UHGV virus genome: UHGV-0206543
Strand: one strand, 5' to 3'
Source of the DNA: a virus
DNA length: 37,926 nt
The translations under genes were made by a program, and so were the position numbers. The notes under the pieces are model-generated. The model ran no database searches, was not told the origin of the DNA, and saw nothing but the letters and a program-made list of their open reading frames with translations. Within the stretch, counting starts at the first letter, position 1, and every line of letters starts with the position of its first letter. Positions 8,369 to 18,121 of the stretch are shown piece by piece.

Positions 8369-11300
8369 TATAGCCGCCCCCTTGTTTGTCGTTCTGTGAG
8401 TGTTGCCAATTGTTGAGAAGTTTCTTCAATTGATTTCTCATTAGAAAGATCTGCATGTTCAATGTTTATATTGATTGTAGGATTGTATGTTTTCGCAAAG
8501 TTGCTATTATTTACAATTTGGCTACCCAACTTAGCAGCGCCCATCATATTTGTGTTTAATGCTAATTCTGGACTAGTAAAGTTAAAATTTGAAAAAGCAT
8601 TGTCAAATGAGAGTGTATCCGCAATTTGATTAGCCATAGGCTTAATTGTTTTTTGGACAGATTTAAAACTCGCTTGTAAGCTTTCATTTAAACCACCCAT
8701 AATCGCTTTACCAGCTGGAATTAAAAGTTTTCTATCGTAACTAATAGGCCCTTTATGTTCTCGTATCCAATCACCAATGCCACTGACAAACTCTTTCGTC
8801 GCTTCCCATGCATGTTTAAGCCCATCAGTGAAACTTTCCATAATTGCTCTACCAGCCGCAAATAGATCAAAATTCATAGCAGCTTTTACAGTTTCTTTTA
8901 CACCTTCCCATATACCTGATGCAATGCTTTTTGCTGTACTCCAAGCACTTTCCATTCCTTTTAATGTAGCATCTGCAAGATTGGCTACTGTTGATTTAGT
9001 ATTTTCCCATTTCTCTGCAGTGGCTTGTTTTACACCTTCCCAGGTATCGGATGCCCACTGTTTCGCTCCACTCCATGCGCTTTTAGCCCATTCTAGAGCG
9101 TTCTTTGCAGATTCTGATACTGTCGTTTTTATTCCGTCCCATGTTTCGGCAGAAGTTTGCTTAACACTTTCCCAAGTGTCGGATGCCCACTGTTTTGCTC
9201 CGCTCCATGCGTTTTTAGCACCATCAAGCGCACTTTGTGCTAAATTTGAAATTGTACTGGTAATTGCATCCCATACAATAGAAGCTATATTGCTAATCCC
9301 TTCCCATATATCACTTAAGAAGTTTTTTCCAGTTTCCCAAACTGTTTTTACAAAATTGACTACGCCTTCAACATATGAACCGATTATCTGTTGTATGCCG
9401 TCCCAGATCATACTACCGGCTTCTTTAATACTTTCCCATATCATTGATAAGTCTTCCTTTAATTGTTCCCAATCACCAGTTATCAAATCAATCAAAAGTA
9501 GTATAGGGCCCATAATTACAGATTTAATCAATTCCCAAACGCCTTCCGCAGTCGTTTTAATTCCTTCCCATATACCAGTAATTGTTTCTGTGAAATTATT
9601 CCAGAGTTCTACAATGCCATCAACAATAATCATCACTGTTGGCCCTATCGTTTCCCAAATAGCGTTAAATATATCAACTGCAGACTGCCAAATACCTTTC
9701 AAAAATTCAACAGACGTATTAAATGCCGAAACAATTCCATCTAATAAACTTTGGAAAAATTCTGTTACACCGCTCCATAAGTCTTTCACTGTTTCTATAC
9801 TAGATTTAAAGATAGACGTTATATCTTCCCCTAGCTTTTTGAAAAAATCCAGAGTACCCTTCCAGAGCTCTTTAACCGTTTTAACTGCAGAATCAAAAAT
9901 ATCTGTTATTCCTTCCCAAACTCCTTTGAAGAAATCGACCATACCTTCCCAAGCCTTTACAAGCCAGTCTGTGAAGGCTTTCCATGCTTTTTGACCAGAC
10001 TTAGTTTTGGTTATCCAATAAACTAATCCTGCAACTAATGCTGCAATGGCTCCTACTATTAAAAAAATTGGATTAACAGACATAACCGCATTAAACGCCG
10101 TTTGTATTCCTGTTCCAATTTTAGTAATTAAGTTCCAAGCTTTCTGCGCTTTAACTACTAGATTGATATATGTTTGCCAGGCTTTGTAATACAGAACAAC
10201 GCCAGATATAGCGACACCTAATGCCACTATTACCCCTTTAAAAACATCTGATGCAGTCGACCCGCTATCAATCCATTTGATAAAATCTTTAGCTTTTTCG
10301 GTTACTTTTAAAAAAGTATCTACTAGAAATAGAACGGTATCTATTAAAGTCTCAGTAATAGAAGTACTTGTTTCTCCTAGATTAAAACTACCAAAGAAAT
10401 TGGCAACTGCTTCAACAGAATCGAACAAAATATCTTTTAAATTATTAAATGCAGCTCCTAATTTTTCAGGAACATCAACAGAACCTAGAATATCAAAAAA
10501 GTATTGAATATTTTCTAATACATCTAACACAACATCTTTCAAGGTAGTAAATACATTTGATAAGATATCAATTAAACTTGAACTTTCACTACTTTTCGAT
10601 ATCTCTCCCCAAAATCGTTGAAGAATATTTATTACGTCATATACAATAAATCCTATTATTTTAAAAGCTTGATCGAATGTATCAGAAAAGATTTTTATTA
10701 TTGATTGATTATCAGCAAAAGTCTTTTTTATTGAATCAATAACAGGAATTAAGCCATCCATGGATTTTGTAATCGCTGAAAATGTATTATTTACAATGCC
10801 TTTTAAGCTATTCAAATTAGCCGCAATACTTTTTCCAGAAACTTTCGTTACGATCTCATCAAATTTAGTTAACACATTTGCCATTCCGTTGGTTATAGAG
10901 TTTTTTAGGTTTGAAAAAGAGGTAGCTATCCCTTCTGTAGTTTTTCGAGCGACTTCTTTTGTTCCACCTAAGCCATCTTGAATATCAATTAACCCTTGGT
11001 TAAACTGTTCAACAGTAACCTGGCCGCTTTGTAATGCTTTGTATAAATCTTGTTGCGCAGATTTCCCTGTAAATCCAAATTTTTCTGCTAACTTATCTAA
11101 GCCAAAACCCATGGTTTCTTGTAAAGTTGTGTATGAATCTAGGTCAACTTTACCAGTACGTAGAATTTTCATATATTGTTCTGTTCCACGTTGTGCTTTT
11201 TCACCACTAGAACCACTAGCAAGTAAAGCATTGTTTAAAGCAAGTGTACTGTCAGCCGCTAAATCGGCATCTTTAAAAACACTATACATTTGTTGCGTAG

Positions 11301-11637
11301 TGTCACTCACATCTTGCAATTTCGTTGGTAGCCCATCAATTCCTTCTTTCAACTTATTCGTTGCACGGGTAGCATCATCTGTACTAGCTCCCATAGCTGT
11401 TAAAACTTTAGGAAACTGGTTCAACTTGTCAAAACGTGTAACTGCTCCTTCAATTGAGCCTTTTAAAACATCAAACGCTGCACTGCCCAACTTAACGAGC
11501 CCCATCGCTTTGACCATGTCTCCAATGCCACGACTTGCTTTGGCGGACTTGCCTTCCAATTGGTCTAATTGATTATTTAGCCCTGTGACGTCCTTCCCAT
11601 TCACATCGACATCAATTACTACACTTCCATCAGCCAT
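8368..11637 (-). CDS. tail tape measure protein (1089 aa)
   Basis: It has a long alpha-helical protein, a central hydrophobic segment and W-rich internal repeats (WxxIKxxxxxxxE). It sits downstream of the chaperone pair. Confidence 0.9.
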   Translation of the reverse strand: MADGSVVIDVDVNGKDVTGLNNQLDQLEGKSAKASRGIGDMVKAMGLVKLGSAAFDVLKGSIEGAVTRFDKLNQFPKVLTAMGASTDDATRATNKLKEGIDGLPTKLQDVSDTTQQMYSVFKDADLAADSTLALNNALLASGSSGEKAQRGTEQYMKILRTGKVDLDSYTTLQETMGFGLDKLAEKFGFTGKSAQQDLYKALQSGQVTVEQFNQGLIDIQDGLGGTKEVARKTTEGIATSFSNLKNSITNGMANVLTKFDEIVTKVSGKSIAANLNSLKGIVNNTFSAITKSMDGLIPVIDSIKKTFADNQSIIKIFSDTFDQAFKIIGFIVYDVINILQRFWGEISKSSESSSLIDILSNVFTTLKDVVLDVLENIQYFFDILGSVDVPEKLGAAFNNLKDILFDSVEAVANFFGSFNLGETSTSITETLIDTVLFLVDTFLKVTEKAKDFIKWIDSGSTASDVFKGVIVALGVAISGVVLYYKAWQTYINLVVKAQKAWNLITKIGTGIQTAFNAVMSVNPIFLIVGAIAALVAGLVYWITKTKSGQKAWKAFTDWLVKAWEGMVDFFKGVWEGITDIFDSAVKTVKELWKGTLDFFKKLGEDITSIFKSSIETVKDLWSGVTEFFQSLLDGIVSAFNTSVEFLKGIWQSAVDIFNAIWETIGPTVMIIVDGIVELWNNFTETITGIWEGIKTTAEGVWELIKSVIMGPILLLIDLITGDWEQLKEDLSMIWESIKEAGSMIWDGIQQIIGSYVEGVVNFVKTVWETGKNFLSDIWEGISNIASIVWDAITSTISNLAQSALDGAKNAWSGAKQWASDTWESVKQTSAETWDGIKTTVSESAKNALEWAKSAWSGAKQWASDTWEGVKQATAEKWENTKSTVANLADATLKGMESAWSTAKSIASGIWEGVKETVKAAMNFDLFAAGRAIMESFTDGLKHAWEATKEFVSGIGDWIREHKGPISYDRKLLIPAGKAIMGGLNESLQASFKSVQKTIKPMANQIADTLSFDNAFSNFNFTSPELALNTNMMGAAKLGSQIVNNSNFAKTYNPTININIEHADLSNEKSIEETSQQLATLTERQTRGRL
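9010..9250 (-). repeat. tandem in-frame repeat (about 114 bp x2) inside TMP encoding SAWSGAKQWASDTWE(S/G)VKQ...
   Basis: The same repeat unit is visible in the ORF translation and in the DNA. Confidence 0.6.
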
Positions 11638-12208
11638 CTTCTTCCTCCTCCCTTACGTAATTTGGTAATGCATAACGCCTTTGAAGTTCTCTCATTTGTT
11701 CCTTGTGTTCAGTACTTTCTCCTTTTTGCGGTTTCCAGTTACGGATACTTTTAATTTTTTGAATAGGCGTGTCATCTGGCAACGTTTCTAGCAATACTTG
11801 GAATTCTTCCCAAGACAAACGGCCCTGTTCCTCAAATAAATTGATACCTATTTGTCGAAAAGAGGCATAAATGTATTTTGCATCTAATACAATGTCCATA
11901 TCTTTACTGACTGGTTTCATTGGCATAACATTTCCTAATTCATCGGTTACCACTTCTGATTTTTTACCAAAGACGAGATAGGTATCGTATAGTTCTCTGA
12001 ACATCACAAACTGAGATATTATATCTAGCTCTACGTCACCAACTAAAATCTTTATACAAATCTCTACCTTATCTGGAAGATTTACCTCGTCATCAGAAAG
12101 CACGTCAAAAACATCCAACACACGATCAAAAGCAAGATTTAGAGGATACTCTTTTCCTTCAAACTCAAAAGAGGAGGGCAGCGGATCATTTAACCGCATT
12201 GCGCTCAC
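11630..12208 (-). CDS. tail assembly chaperone (gpT-like, downstream overlapping partner)
   Basis: It sits between the major tail and TMP genes. It overlaps the upstream chaperone in the -1 frame. An internal RBS AAAGGG precedes an ATG (MRLNDPLP). Confidence 0.5.
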   Translation of the reverse strand: MSAMRLNDPLPSSFEFEGKEYPLNLAFDRVLDVFDVLSDDEVNLPDKVEICIKILVGDVELDIISQFVMFRELYDTYLVFGKKSEVVTDELGNVMPMKPVSKDMDIVLDAKYIYASFRQIGINLFEEQGRLSWEEFQVLLETLPDDTPIQKIKSIRNWKPQKGESTEHKEQMRELQRRYALPNYVREEEEDG

Positions 12209-12612
12209 CCTTTCTTGCTAACTTTTTTCAAGTACTTCTGTTTTAAACGTTCAGAATTTTTTGTTTGTTCCTCTTTAAATTCGTCCAGTTGATCGGCAAT
12301 CCCGTTGTATAAATCAAAGAAAGCATTTAGCCATGCGTTGATGTCTGGAATATCCGCATACAAGGTATCGAATGTTCCTTCGCCTAACATGACGTCATAC
12401 CCTTTTGCTAACAACTCTTTGTACGGCTCTAAGTCCAAGCTATCTGCATCGTCTTCATTGGGTCCTTCAATCGAATCTACTTCTTTTTCAAACGCTTCAT
12501 AGTTTTTTTGTACCTCGATTAAATGTTCTGGTGAACTATCAAAGAAAAATTCATGTCCTGCTAAAATGACCGGGAAACCCGTGCGTTTTACGTTAATTTC
12601 TAATGCTTTCAT
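12205..12612 (-). CDS. tail assembly chaperone (gpG-like)
   Basis: It is an acidic 135-aa protein at the conserved position. RBS GGAGGTAATTAA precedes its ATG. Confidence 0.55.
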   Translation of the reverse strand: MKALEINVKRTGFPVILAGHEFFFDSSPEHLIEVQKNYEAFEKEVDSIEGPNEDDADSLDLEPYKELLAKGYDVMLGEGTFDTLYADIPDINAWLNAFFDLYNGIADQLDEFKEEQTKNSERLKQKYLKKVSKKG

Positions 12613-12625
12613 TTAATTACCTCCA

Positions 12626-12652
12626 TAAGAAAAGGACAGCCAAATAGCTGCC
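12626..12652 (-). terminator. attenuator/terminator hairpin after Ig-like tail gene (8-bp stem, U-rich tail)
   Basis: The minus-strand RNA reads AGGGCAGC-UAUUUG-GCUGUCCU-UUUCUU. Confidence 0.4.
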
Positions 12653-12666
12653 CTTTATTTTCGTAT

Positions 12667-13119
12667 TTATGATTGATTATTCAATGTTAAGGTGTGTTGA
12701 GCTGTTTTTTTACCATCCTCTGTTGTTCCTGTTGTGGTATAAACACCAGCCGGTACCGCTTCTGTCCAAGTAATATTTCCTGTTTCAGAGACAGCAAGAC
12801 CTTCTGTTTCAGGCGTAATCTCATAGGTTACTTTTTTGTTGGTTGCATTTTCAGGCAAGACAGTTGCTGTGATTTGTCGGCTACCTGCAGTACCCGCATC
12901 TGCTGTGGATGTTTTAGGAGAAAACTCTAAGCCAGTTACAGCAATCGGCAACGTCTTAAATGCCGGTACATTTACTTTTTCCCCGCCGTCTGTAAAACCT
13001 ACTTGGTATGTTCCTGCTGGAACGTCGGTGTTTGGCTCAATTCCTGTAATTTCTAAAGGGCTTGGACTAGCCGGAACAACGACTTCCTCACCTTTATAAA
13101 CGATATATTCTCTCGCCAT
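12667..13119 (-). CDS. Ig-like (Big_2-type) domain tail protein
   Basis: The translation is a Thr/Gly-rich beta-sandwich-like sequence. It has its own RBS GAAAGAAGGAG. It lies directly downstream of the major tail protein gene. Confidence 0.6.
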   Translation of the reverse strand: MAREYIVYKGEEVVVPASPSPLEITGIEPNTDVPAGTYQVGFTDGGEKVNVPAFKTLPIAVTGLEFSPKTSTADAGTAGSRQITATVLPENATNKKVTYEITPETEGLAVSETGNITWTEAVPAGVYTTTGTTEDGKKTAQHTLTLNNQS

Positions 13120-13151
13120 TTTAGACTCCTTCTTTCATATCTATGATGACC

Positions 13152-13200
13152 CCAGTTGTAGTCGGCGTTATTTTGCCGACTACTGGGGCTACGCTTTTGG
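13152..13200 (-). repeat. conserved intergenic hairpin element copy A (between major tail gene and Ig-like gene), ends in GGGGCTACGCTTTTGGG
   Basis: A near-perfect 16-bp stem (CCCCAGT..TAGTCGGC / GCCGACTA..CTGGGG) is followed by the shared motif CTACGCTTTTGGG. Confidence 0.6.
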
Positions 13201-13668
13201 GCTGATTTCTGGCAACGTATCAAATTTAATTGAGCAGCCAAATTCTTCGTATGCTGTCGCATCACCAGAACCTGCCTTAATGCCTGTAACTGTTGCACGT
13301 CCCACATAAACATCACCATTGGTTTGTACGACTTTATGCCAAATTTTACGGCCATCGCCTAATTTATATTTTTTACTAGCAATTAATTGTTGTGCTGGGT
13401 CTTCAGCATCGTACATACCTTCAGGTGTATACGTACCAGATACTGATACTACAGTCGTTTCAGGTGTACCATCACCGTCATAAAAACCTGTGTCGTCTGT
13501 TTCTTCGTCCGAATCGTCACCAATGGTAGAAATATATTTGGCTAGTCGTAACCATTCCGTATCTTCTGTAGGTGCCGTTTCTTGCCCTGGTGTATATTCT
13601 GCAATGTAGTGTTCTCGCTTTGCATTTTTTTCACGTGCAAACATTTGGATATCCATTTTTAATAACAT
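13189..13668 (-). CDS. major tail protein
   Basis: It has an acidic 159-aa product and is placed before the Ig-like and chaperone genes. The start ATG at 13668 overlaps the upstream stop (TAATG) and has RBS GGGGGA. Confidence 0.65.
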   Translation of the reverse strand: MLLKMDIQMFAREKNAKREHYIAEYTPGQETAPTEDTEWLRLAKYISTIGDDSDEETDDTGFYDGDGTPETTVVSVSGTYTPEGMYDAEDPAQQLIASKKYKLGDGRKIWHKVVQTNGDVYVGRATVTGIKAGSGDATAYEEFGCSIKFDTLPEISPKA

Positions 13669-14066
13669 TATTTTTCCCCCTTGAATGTGGTTAATTTTGC
13701 TTGAAAATCTAATAAAAAAACGAACCAACCTTGTTCATCTGCATCATTGATGAAAGGCCTGTTCGTTATTGTTAAATTGTTGTACTCAAAAGAGCCATCT
13801 TTACTCGACAGTTCTTCAATGTTTTCTAAAACATCCGATAGTAGCCACAATGTCCGCTCTATCTTATCACCATCTTTTGATTTCATGGCAATTTCATAGT
13901 TTAACAACTCGTCTTTGATGCCGTCATAATATTCGGTCTCTACCTTGCCTCCCGGTAATGGGTAAATCACTAAGCTTTCTAGCGCTGAAAGGTATCCTTT
14001 CCGAATAGTTAACGGCAACTTAGGAATCTGATTTATCTTTTCGTTTAAACAATCAAGAAAATCCAT
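13668..14066 (-). CDS. tail completion / tail terminator protein (neck module)
   Basis: Assigned from conserved gene order upstream of the major tail gene. Confidence 0.4.
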   Translation of the reverse strand: MDFLDCLNEKINQIPKLPLTIRKGYLSALESLVIYPLPGGKVETEYYDGIKDELLNYEIAMKSKDGDKIERTLWLLSDVLENIEELSSKDGSFEYNNLTITNRPFINDADEQGWFVFLLDFQAKLTTFKGEK

Positions 14067-14392
14067 TACTTAATACCCGCTCCTTTCAGAAAAGCCCGTT
14101 TCCAGGAATTTAGATACGCACCTTTTGCTTTTAAATCCCATCGTGGCCCCGTCCCCGGTGTGGTATATTTTTTTCCGTTTAAATAAAATTGACGTTTCGC
14201 ATATTTCGTGCCGTAAATAATCTTTTCACCATTGCTTGATAAATGAACGCTTTGCCTTAAACTATTATTCTTTCGTGGTACAAATTGGTTCATGTCTGCC
14301 ATCGCTTGATTACCTAACGCATATCTGCCTCGTCTCATTGCCTCGGTGCTTACTTTGGTTCGTACACCGCTTAAATTTACCTTAATCCCCAT
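14066..14392 (-). CDS. neck protein (HK97 gp10-like)
   Basis: Assigned from gene order, size and translational coupling. Confidence 0.4.
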   Translation of the reverse strand: MGIKVNLSGVRTKVSTEAMRRGRYALGNQAMADMNQFVPRKNNSLRQSVHLSSNGEKIIYGTKYAKRQFYLNGKKYTTPGTGPRWDLKAKGAYLNSWKRAFLKGAGIK

Positions 14393-14733
14393 CAGACTAC
14401 CTCAATTTCATACGAGTAGACATTATTCGAATAGGCTTCAATTACGGTATCAATTTTAGTGATCACGTGTTCCTTGCCATCGTAAATAACTACTGATTGT
14501 TCTTTGAAGTCAGGCAAAGGCGTAGTCAATTCGTGATAACAGAAAATCAATCCGTTATAAAGTAATTGTTTGCCACTTGATGAAAAAGTATATTGGCTTC
14601 CTCTGTCAATTCGGCAATATTCAATAAGAATTGGTTCCTTGTATACTGGCTTGTTCCAATCGCCCTCCCCTAAGTACTCTTTATACTCAAAGGAATCAAC
14701 TAAGAACTTTTTGGGTGGCTTTGGCATTAGCAT
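14392..14733 (-). CDS. head-tail adaptor / head closure protein
   Basis: Assigned from gene order and size. Confidence 0.4.
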   Translation of the reverse strand: MLMPKPPKKFLVDSFEYKEYLGEGDWNKPVYKEPILIEYCRIDRGSQYTFSSSGKQLLYNGLIFCYHELTTPLPDFKEQSVVIYDGKEHVITKIDTVIEAYSNNVYSYEIEVV

Positions 14734-15131
14734 GACGAAACACCTCGATATAACAAACCTGTACCTTCCAGATACAAATAAACGTCTTCGGCAGTCAACG
14801 ACTTACTTTCGTTATTTCCAGAAGGATTGTAGCGACTGGCATTAGAAATACTCGTACGGCCTGCTGAAAAGCTTTGAGGGGCATTGTTGATACTTTCATA
14901 CGTATCCACACCAACATCGACAAAATACATTATTTGCGCACACAGAGCGAGTTTAAACTGTTTCACTCTAAATTGCCTAGAATCTTTCGTTATATCATTG
15001 AACTGATAAAAGTAATTCGTTACATTATCAATCGCTGCGGTGGCTTTTACTAAATATTTGTCAAAGTTATCTTTATATTCATCTGTGGCGCCTGTAAGCT
15101 CTTTAAACTCTTCAAAATCAATATAGGACAT
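14727..15131 (-). CDS. head-tail connector protein (gp6-like, Phage_connect_1)
   Basis: It is the first gene after the major capsid gene. Its N-terminus MSYIDFEEFKELTG is typical of the family. RBS TAGGAGGAA precedes it. Confidence 0.5.
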   Translation of the reverse strand: MSYIDFEEFKELTGATDEYKDNFDKYLVKATAAIDNVTNYFYQFNDITKDSRQFRVKQFKLALCAQIMYFVDVGVDTYESINNAPQSFSAGRTSISNASRYNPSGNNESKSLTAEDVYLYLEGTGLLYRGVSSC

Positions 15132-15188
15132 CTTAGATTCCTCCTAAAAAAGAAGGAGACTAAGCTCCTTCTTCCATTTCAATAACTA

Positions 15189-15240
15189 CCCCGCTTGTTG
15201 TCGGCGTTAGTTTACCAACTTTCGGGGCTACGCTTTTGGG
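15189..15240 (-). repeat. conserved intergenic hairpin element copy B (immediately after major capsid gene stop)
   Basis: It has the same architecture and the same 3' motif GGGGCTACGCTTTTGGG as copy A. Confidence 0.6.
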
Positions 15241-16088
15241 ACGTATGAAACATAAATTGCTTTTTGGGCATTATCGAATACAATCGCATCATAGTAATCC
15301 AAACCTTTAATCGTATCACGGTAACCGCTGCGGTCTTGTGAAGCTGGCACAGTATCTACAGTGCCGTATTTAACAATTGGCGCAACTGCCGTTAAAGGAA
15401 CAATAATAAAGTTTAATGTATCTTCAATATTTACGCCTGAGAAACGGTCTTTCGCTACTTTTAAGATGGGCACACCGCCATCAATTTGAGCAACTGTACG
15501 ATCAATACCATTGATTGACATTTGGTTAGTAGAAAATGATTTAGTTACTCCTTTAGCATTTTTTAGCAAACGGTAAGTCGCTGCCGAAACGAACATTACA
15601 TACCCACCAGGAATTTCGTTGTCAGTCATGTATTCTTCCGCAGCATCATATGCCGCTAAAATATTATCTTCTGTTAAAGTTTCATCTACTTTTTTACCTG
15701 CATTATCAAACATTACTTGTACCGCTACTTTGTCACGGTGTGGAACAGTGATTAAACGTTTGTGTTCTGTCACGATATTATTGATTGTTAACGCAGCACT
15801 TTCAGATTGATCCAATTGGTCAACATCATAACCAAACCAGTCTTCATGCGTTAATTTGATTGTTTCTTTGGCGATATCAATTTGGTTACGTGCATTTTCC
15901 CCATTGCGTTTGTATTGCGTTGCTTCCATAAATCCTGACATCTTGTTCACTCGTACTTCATTCACACCTACAAAATCAGCTGCAGTGATACTTTTTGCCC
16001 CTTGCGTCAAAATATCCCATACTTGGGAATCTGCGCGATATTCTTTATCAATTGTTGCTAAATCTTTTGAATCTAATACTACTGCCAT
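15228..16088 (-). CDS. major capsid protein
   Basis: It is a 286-aa protein after the scaffold gene. Its start overlaps the scaffold stop. The abundance hairpin element lies downstream. Confidence 0.75.
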   Translation of the reverse strand: MAVVLDSKDLATIDKEYRADSQVWDILTQGAKSITAADFVGVNEVRVNKMSGFMEATQYKRNGENARNQIDIAKETIKLTHEDWFGYDVDQLDQSESAALTINNIVTEHKRLITVPHRDKVAVQVMFDNAGKKVDETLTEDNILAAYDAAEEYMTDNEIPGGYVMFVSAATYRLLKNAKGVTKSFSTNQMSINGIDRTVAQIDGGVPILKVAKDRFSGVNIEDTLNFIIVPLTAVAPIVKYGTVDTVPASQDRSGYRDTIKGLDYYDAIVFDNAQKAIYVSYVPKA

Positions 16089-16090
16089 AA

Positions 16091-16660
16091 TTATTCACCT
16101 AATCTTTCTTGAATTTTTTGTACAATGCTTTTTCCACCTGCTGCATTGCCTGCAGGATTTCCACCAGCCAAAATTTGAGGCGTTGGCGGAGTTGGTTCAG
16201 GGTCTTTTGCTTCTTGAAACAAGAATGATTTATTTTCTTGAAGTCCCTTTAATTGTTCTTCAAAGCCTTGTAACTTGCCGTCAACAACTTTAATAGTGTC
16301 TTTATCTAAAAGACCAAGAACAATCGTTTCATCTAGTGCATTCGCTTCTTTTAAAGCCAATTGAATGGCAAAGTCTTTTTGTTGTTCGGCTAATTGGTTT
16401 TCAGAATTGGTTTTCGCCTCATCGAACTTCGCTTGTAAATCTGCCAGATTTTGAGATAACTCTTCATTGCCTTGTGCTGATTCTTTTAAAGCCGTCAATT
16501 CTTCTTGATTCGCTTTTAGTTCTTGTTTAGCGCTGTCACGTTCACTTTCTGCGGTAGCTACTTGCGCATTCAGTTGCGTAACTGTTTTTCCGTGTAACGC
16601 CATAATCGACTTTGCGGTTTCTTCCTCAATGCCTAATGCGATTAAATCCTCTTTTTTCAT
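16091..16660 (-). CDS. capsid scaffolding protein
   Basis: The protein is a highly charged coiled coil (E/K/Q-rich) at the conserved position. The likely start is ATG 16660 with RBS TAGGAGGAA. Confidence 0.7.
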   Translation of the reverse strand: MKKEDLIALGIEEETAKSIMALHGKTVTQLNAQVATAESERDSAKQELKANQEELTALKESAQGNEELSQNLADLQAKFDEAKTNSENQLAEQQKDFAIQLALKEANALDETIVLGLLDKDTIKVVDGKLQGFEEQLKGLQENKSFLFQEAKDPEPTPPTPQILAGGNPAGNAAGGKSIVQKIQERLGE

Positions 16661-16755
16661 AAATCTGTTCCTCCTAAGTGTTTTTTGAGTGGCAACTCCC
16701 ACTGTGAGCCGTCTTTTTGAGACTTCCGAGCAGGTCTAGGTATAAAATAAAAAGC

Positions 16756-16947
16756 CTAACGGTAGTTAGACCTGTTTTCTTCTTCTCTTTTTAAATATTC
16801 TTCGTAATCGGCATCCAGTTGATCGTATGGATCATCGCTTGGCCCGATATTCATTTGAAACCCGTATCTAATTAAAGCGATAGTGATTGTCAGTGAACAA
16901 CCCATTATAGGTAACCCAATCACAACAGCAATAAATTTTAATAGCAT
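16756..16947 (-). CDS. small membrane protein (63 aa, one TM helix, acidic C-terminus)
   Basis: RBS AGAGAGGAG lies 9 nt before ATG 16947. It sits between the head morphogenesis and scaffold genes. Confidence 0.4.
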   Translation of the reverse strand: MLLKFIAVVIGLPIMGCSLTITIALIRYGFQMNIGPSDDPYDQLDADYEEYLKREEENRSNYR

Positions 16948-16963
16948 TCTATAAAACTCCTCT

Positions 16964-18121
16964 CTAAAAATCATCGTAACGAAAATCTTTTAGCAACGTA
17001 TTAACTGGGGTGTAAACTTTTTCACGGGCATAGTTTCTTCCTAAATACTCATTAGAATCTACTAGTTCTCGTAGTTTCGCTTGGTTTGCTCTTACTTTCT
17101 GTTGCCAGTGCTTGGCGTTGTCAGTCTGTCCTAATGCTTCGGAAACCATTTGATTCTTTTTAAACTTAACGATTTGACGTTCCAGTTGCCGTTGACGCTT
17201 GGTCAATTGAGCCACTTTTTCATTTTCTTTTGTATCAACTTTCGGTTGATTGTTCGTGTTAATGCCAGGAATAAAAGGGATGTGTAAATGATTGCAGTTT
17301 ACTCCCCGATGGCCTCCAGCAGTTCCATATTCAGCTTGCCAATAAGGATCGTAGATACTTTTATATTTGCTACCCCTTGGAACTGTCCTGCGTAAATCAA
17401 CCACATGCCCTTGAATCTTTGAACAAGCTTTTCTAGCCCCCATATGGCTAGTAACAAGCACCGTATGAACGCCATATTCACTCATACGGTCTGTTCGCAA
17501 CTGATTGAAGGTATTTCCTAGCGTAGACTTCAAAACGGTTCTAACGTAACGTTCTAAGCTCCACGTGTGCCCGCCTTTATCTATAAAAGTAGACTTAATC
17601 CCTTTTTGTGCCCATTCTTGTATAGTACGTTCTAACGCTTCCTCAAACGTAAATAAGCCGCTGTTAAATGCAGCGACTGTCTTATTGATGATTTCGTTGT
17701 ACATTTGAGTGGTCACTATTCCATAGCCAAAGTTAGTGGATAACAACGTTTGGTTTACATAGTTGTTAATATCAGACCAGACTTGGTCGTGATAGGCTTT
17801 CATGATATTGTCTAAATCTGTCGGCATAGGCTTTGGGTCATACGGCAATTCTTTATCCAAGTCTTTTACAATCTTTTGCCCGGTGCTTTCAAACATTCGT
17901 TCTATTTCAGATTCAGCAATTCCCGTTACTTGAGAAATAACTTTCGCTGTTTCTTTGTTAAATAAATGCAGTTCTTGTAACTTTTCTCTTTGCCACTCTA
18001 ATATGTCACCACTGCCATTTTTTAAACGCTTAGCAATGATTCGTATTAATTCACCCTCTAATGATTGATAGAGGTGTGACATGTTAGAGGACCATAAATC
18101 TAATTGATGAGGTGTTATCAT
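16964..18121 (-). CDS. minor head protein / head morphogenesis protein (SPP1 gp7-like)
   Basis: It lies between the portal and scaffold genes, is 385 aa, and its start overlaps the portal stop. Confidence 0.7.
   Translation of the reverse strand: MITPHQLDLWSSNMSHLYQSLEGELIRIIAKRLKNGSGDILEWQREKLQELHLFNKETAKVISQVTGIAESEIERMFESTGQKIVKDLDKELPYDPKPMPTDLDNIMKAYHDQVWSDINNYVNQTLLSTNFGYGIVTTQMYNEIINKTVAAFNSGLFTFEEALERTIQEWAQKGIKSTFIDKGGHTWSLERYVRTVLKSTLGNTFNQLRTDRMSEYGVHTVLVTSHMGARKACSKIQGHVVDLRRTVPRGSKYKSIYDPYWQAEYGTAGGHRGVNCNHLHIPFIPGINTNNQPKVDTKENEKVAQLTKRQRQLERQIVKFKKNQMVSEALGQTDNAKHWQQKVRANQAKLRELVDSNEYLGRNYAREKVYTPVNTLLKDFRYDDF

Noticed and set aside
8777-9994. 405-aa plus-strand ORF (and 11039-11572, 177 aa) antisense to the tape measure gene
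   Set aside because: Its translation is low-complexity and Ser/Pro/Ala-rich, and it has no RBS. It is an artefact of the stop-codon-poor complement of the highly biased TMP coding strand.
12205-12260. Canonical -1 programmed frameshift at GAAAAAAG in the chaperone gene
   Set aside because: A -1 slip on this run lands immediately on TAG, so the heptamer is not in a productive register.
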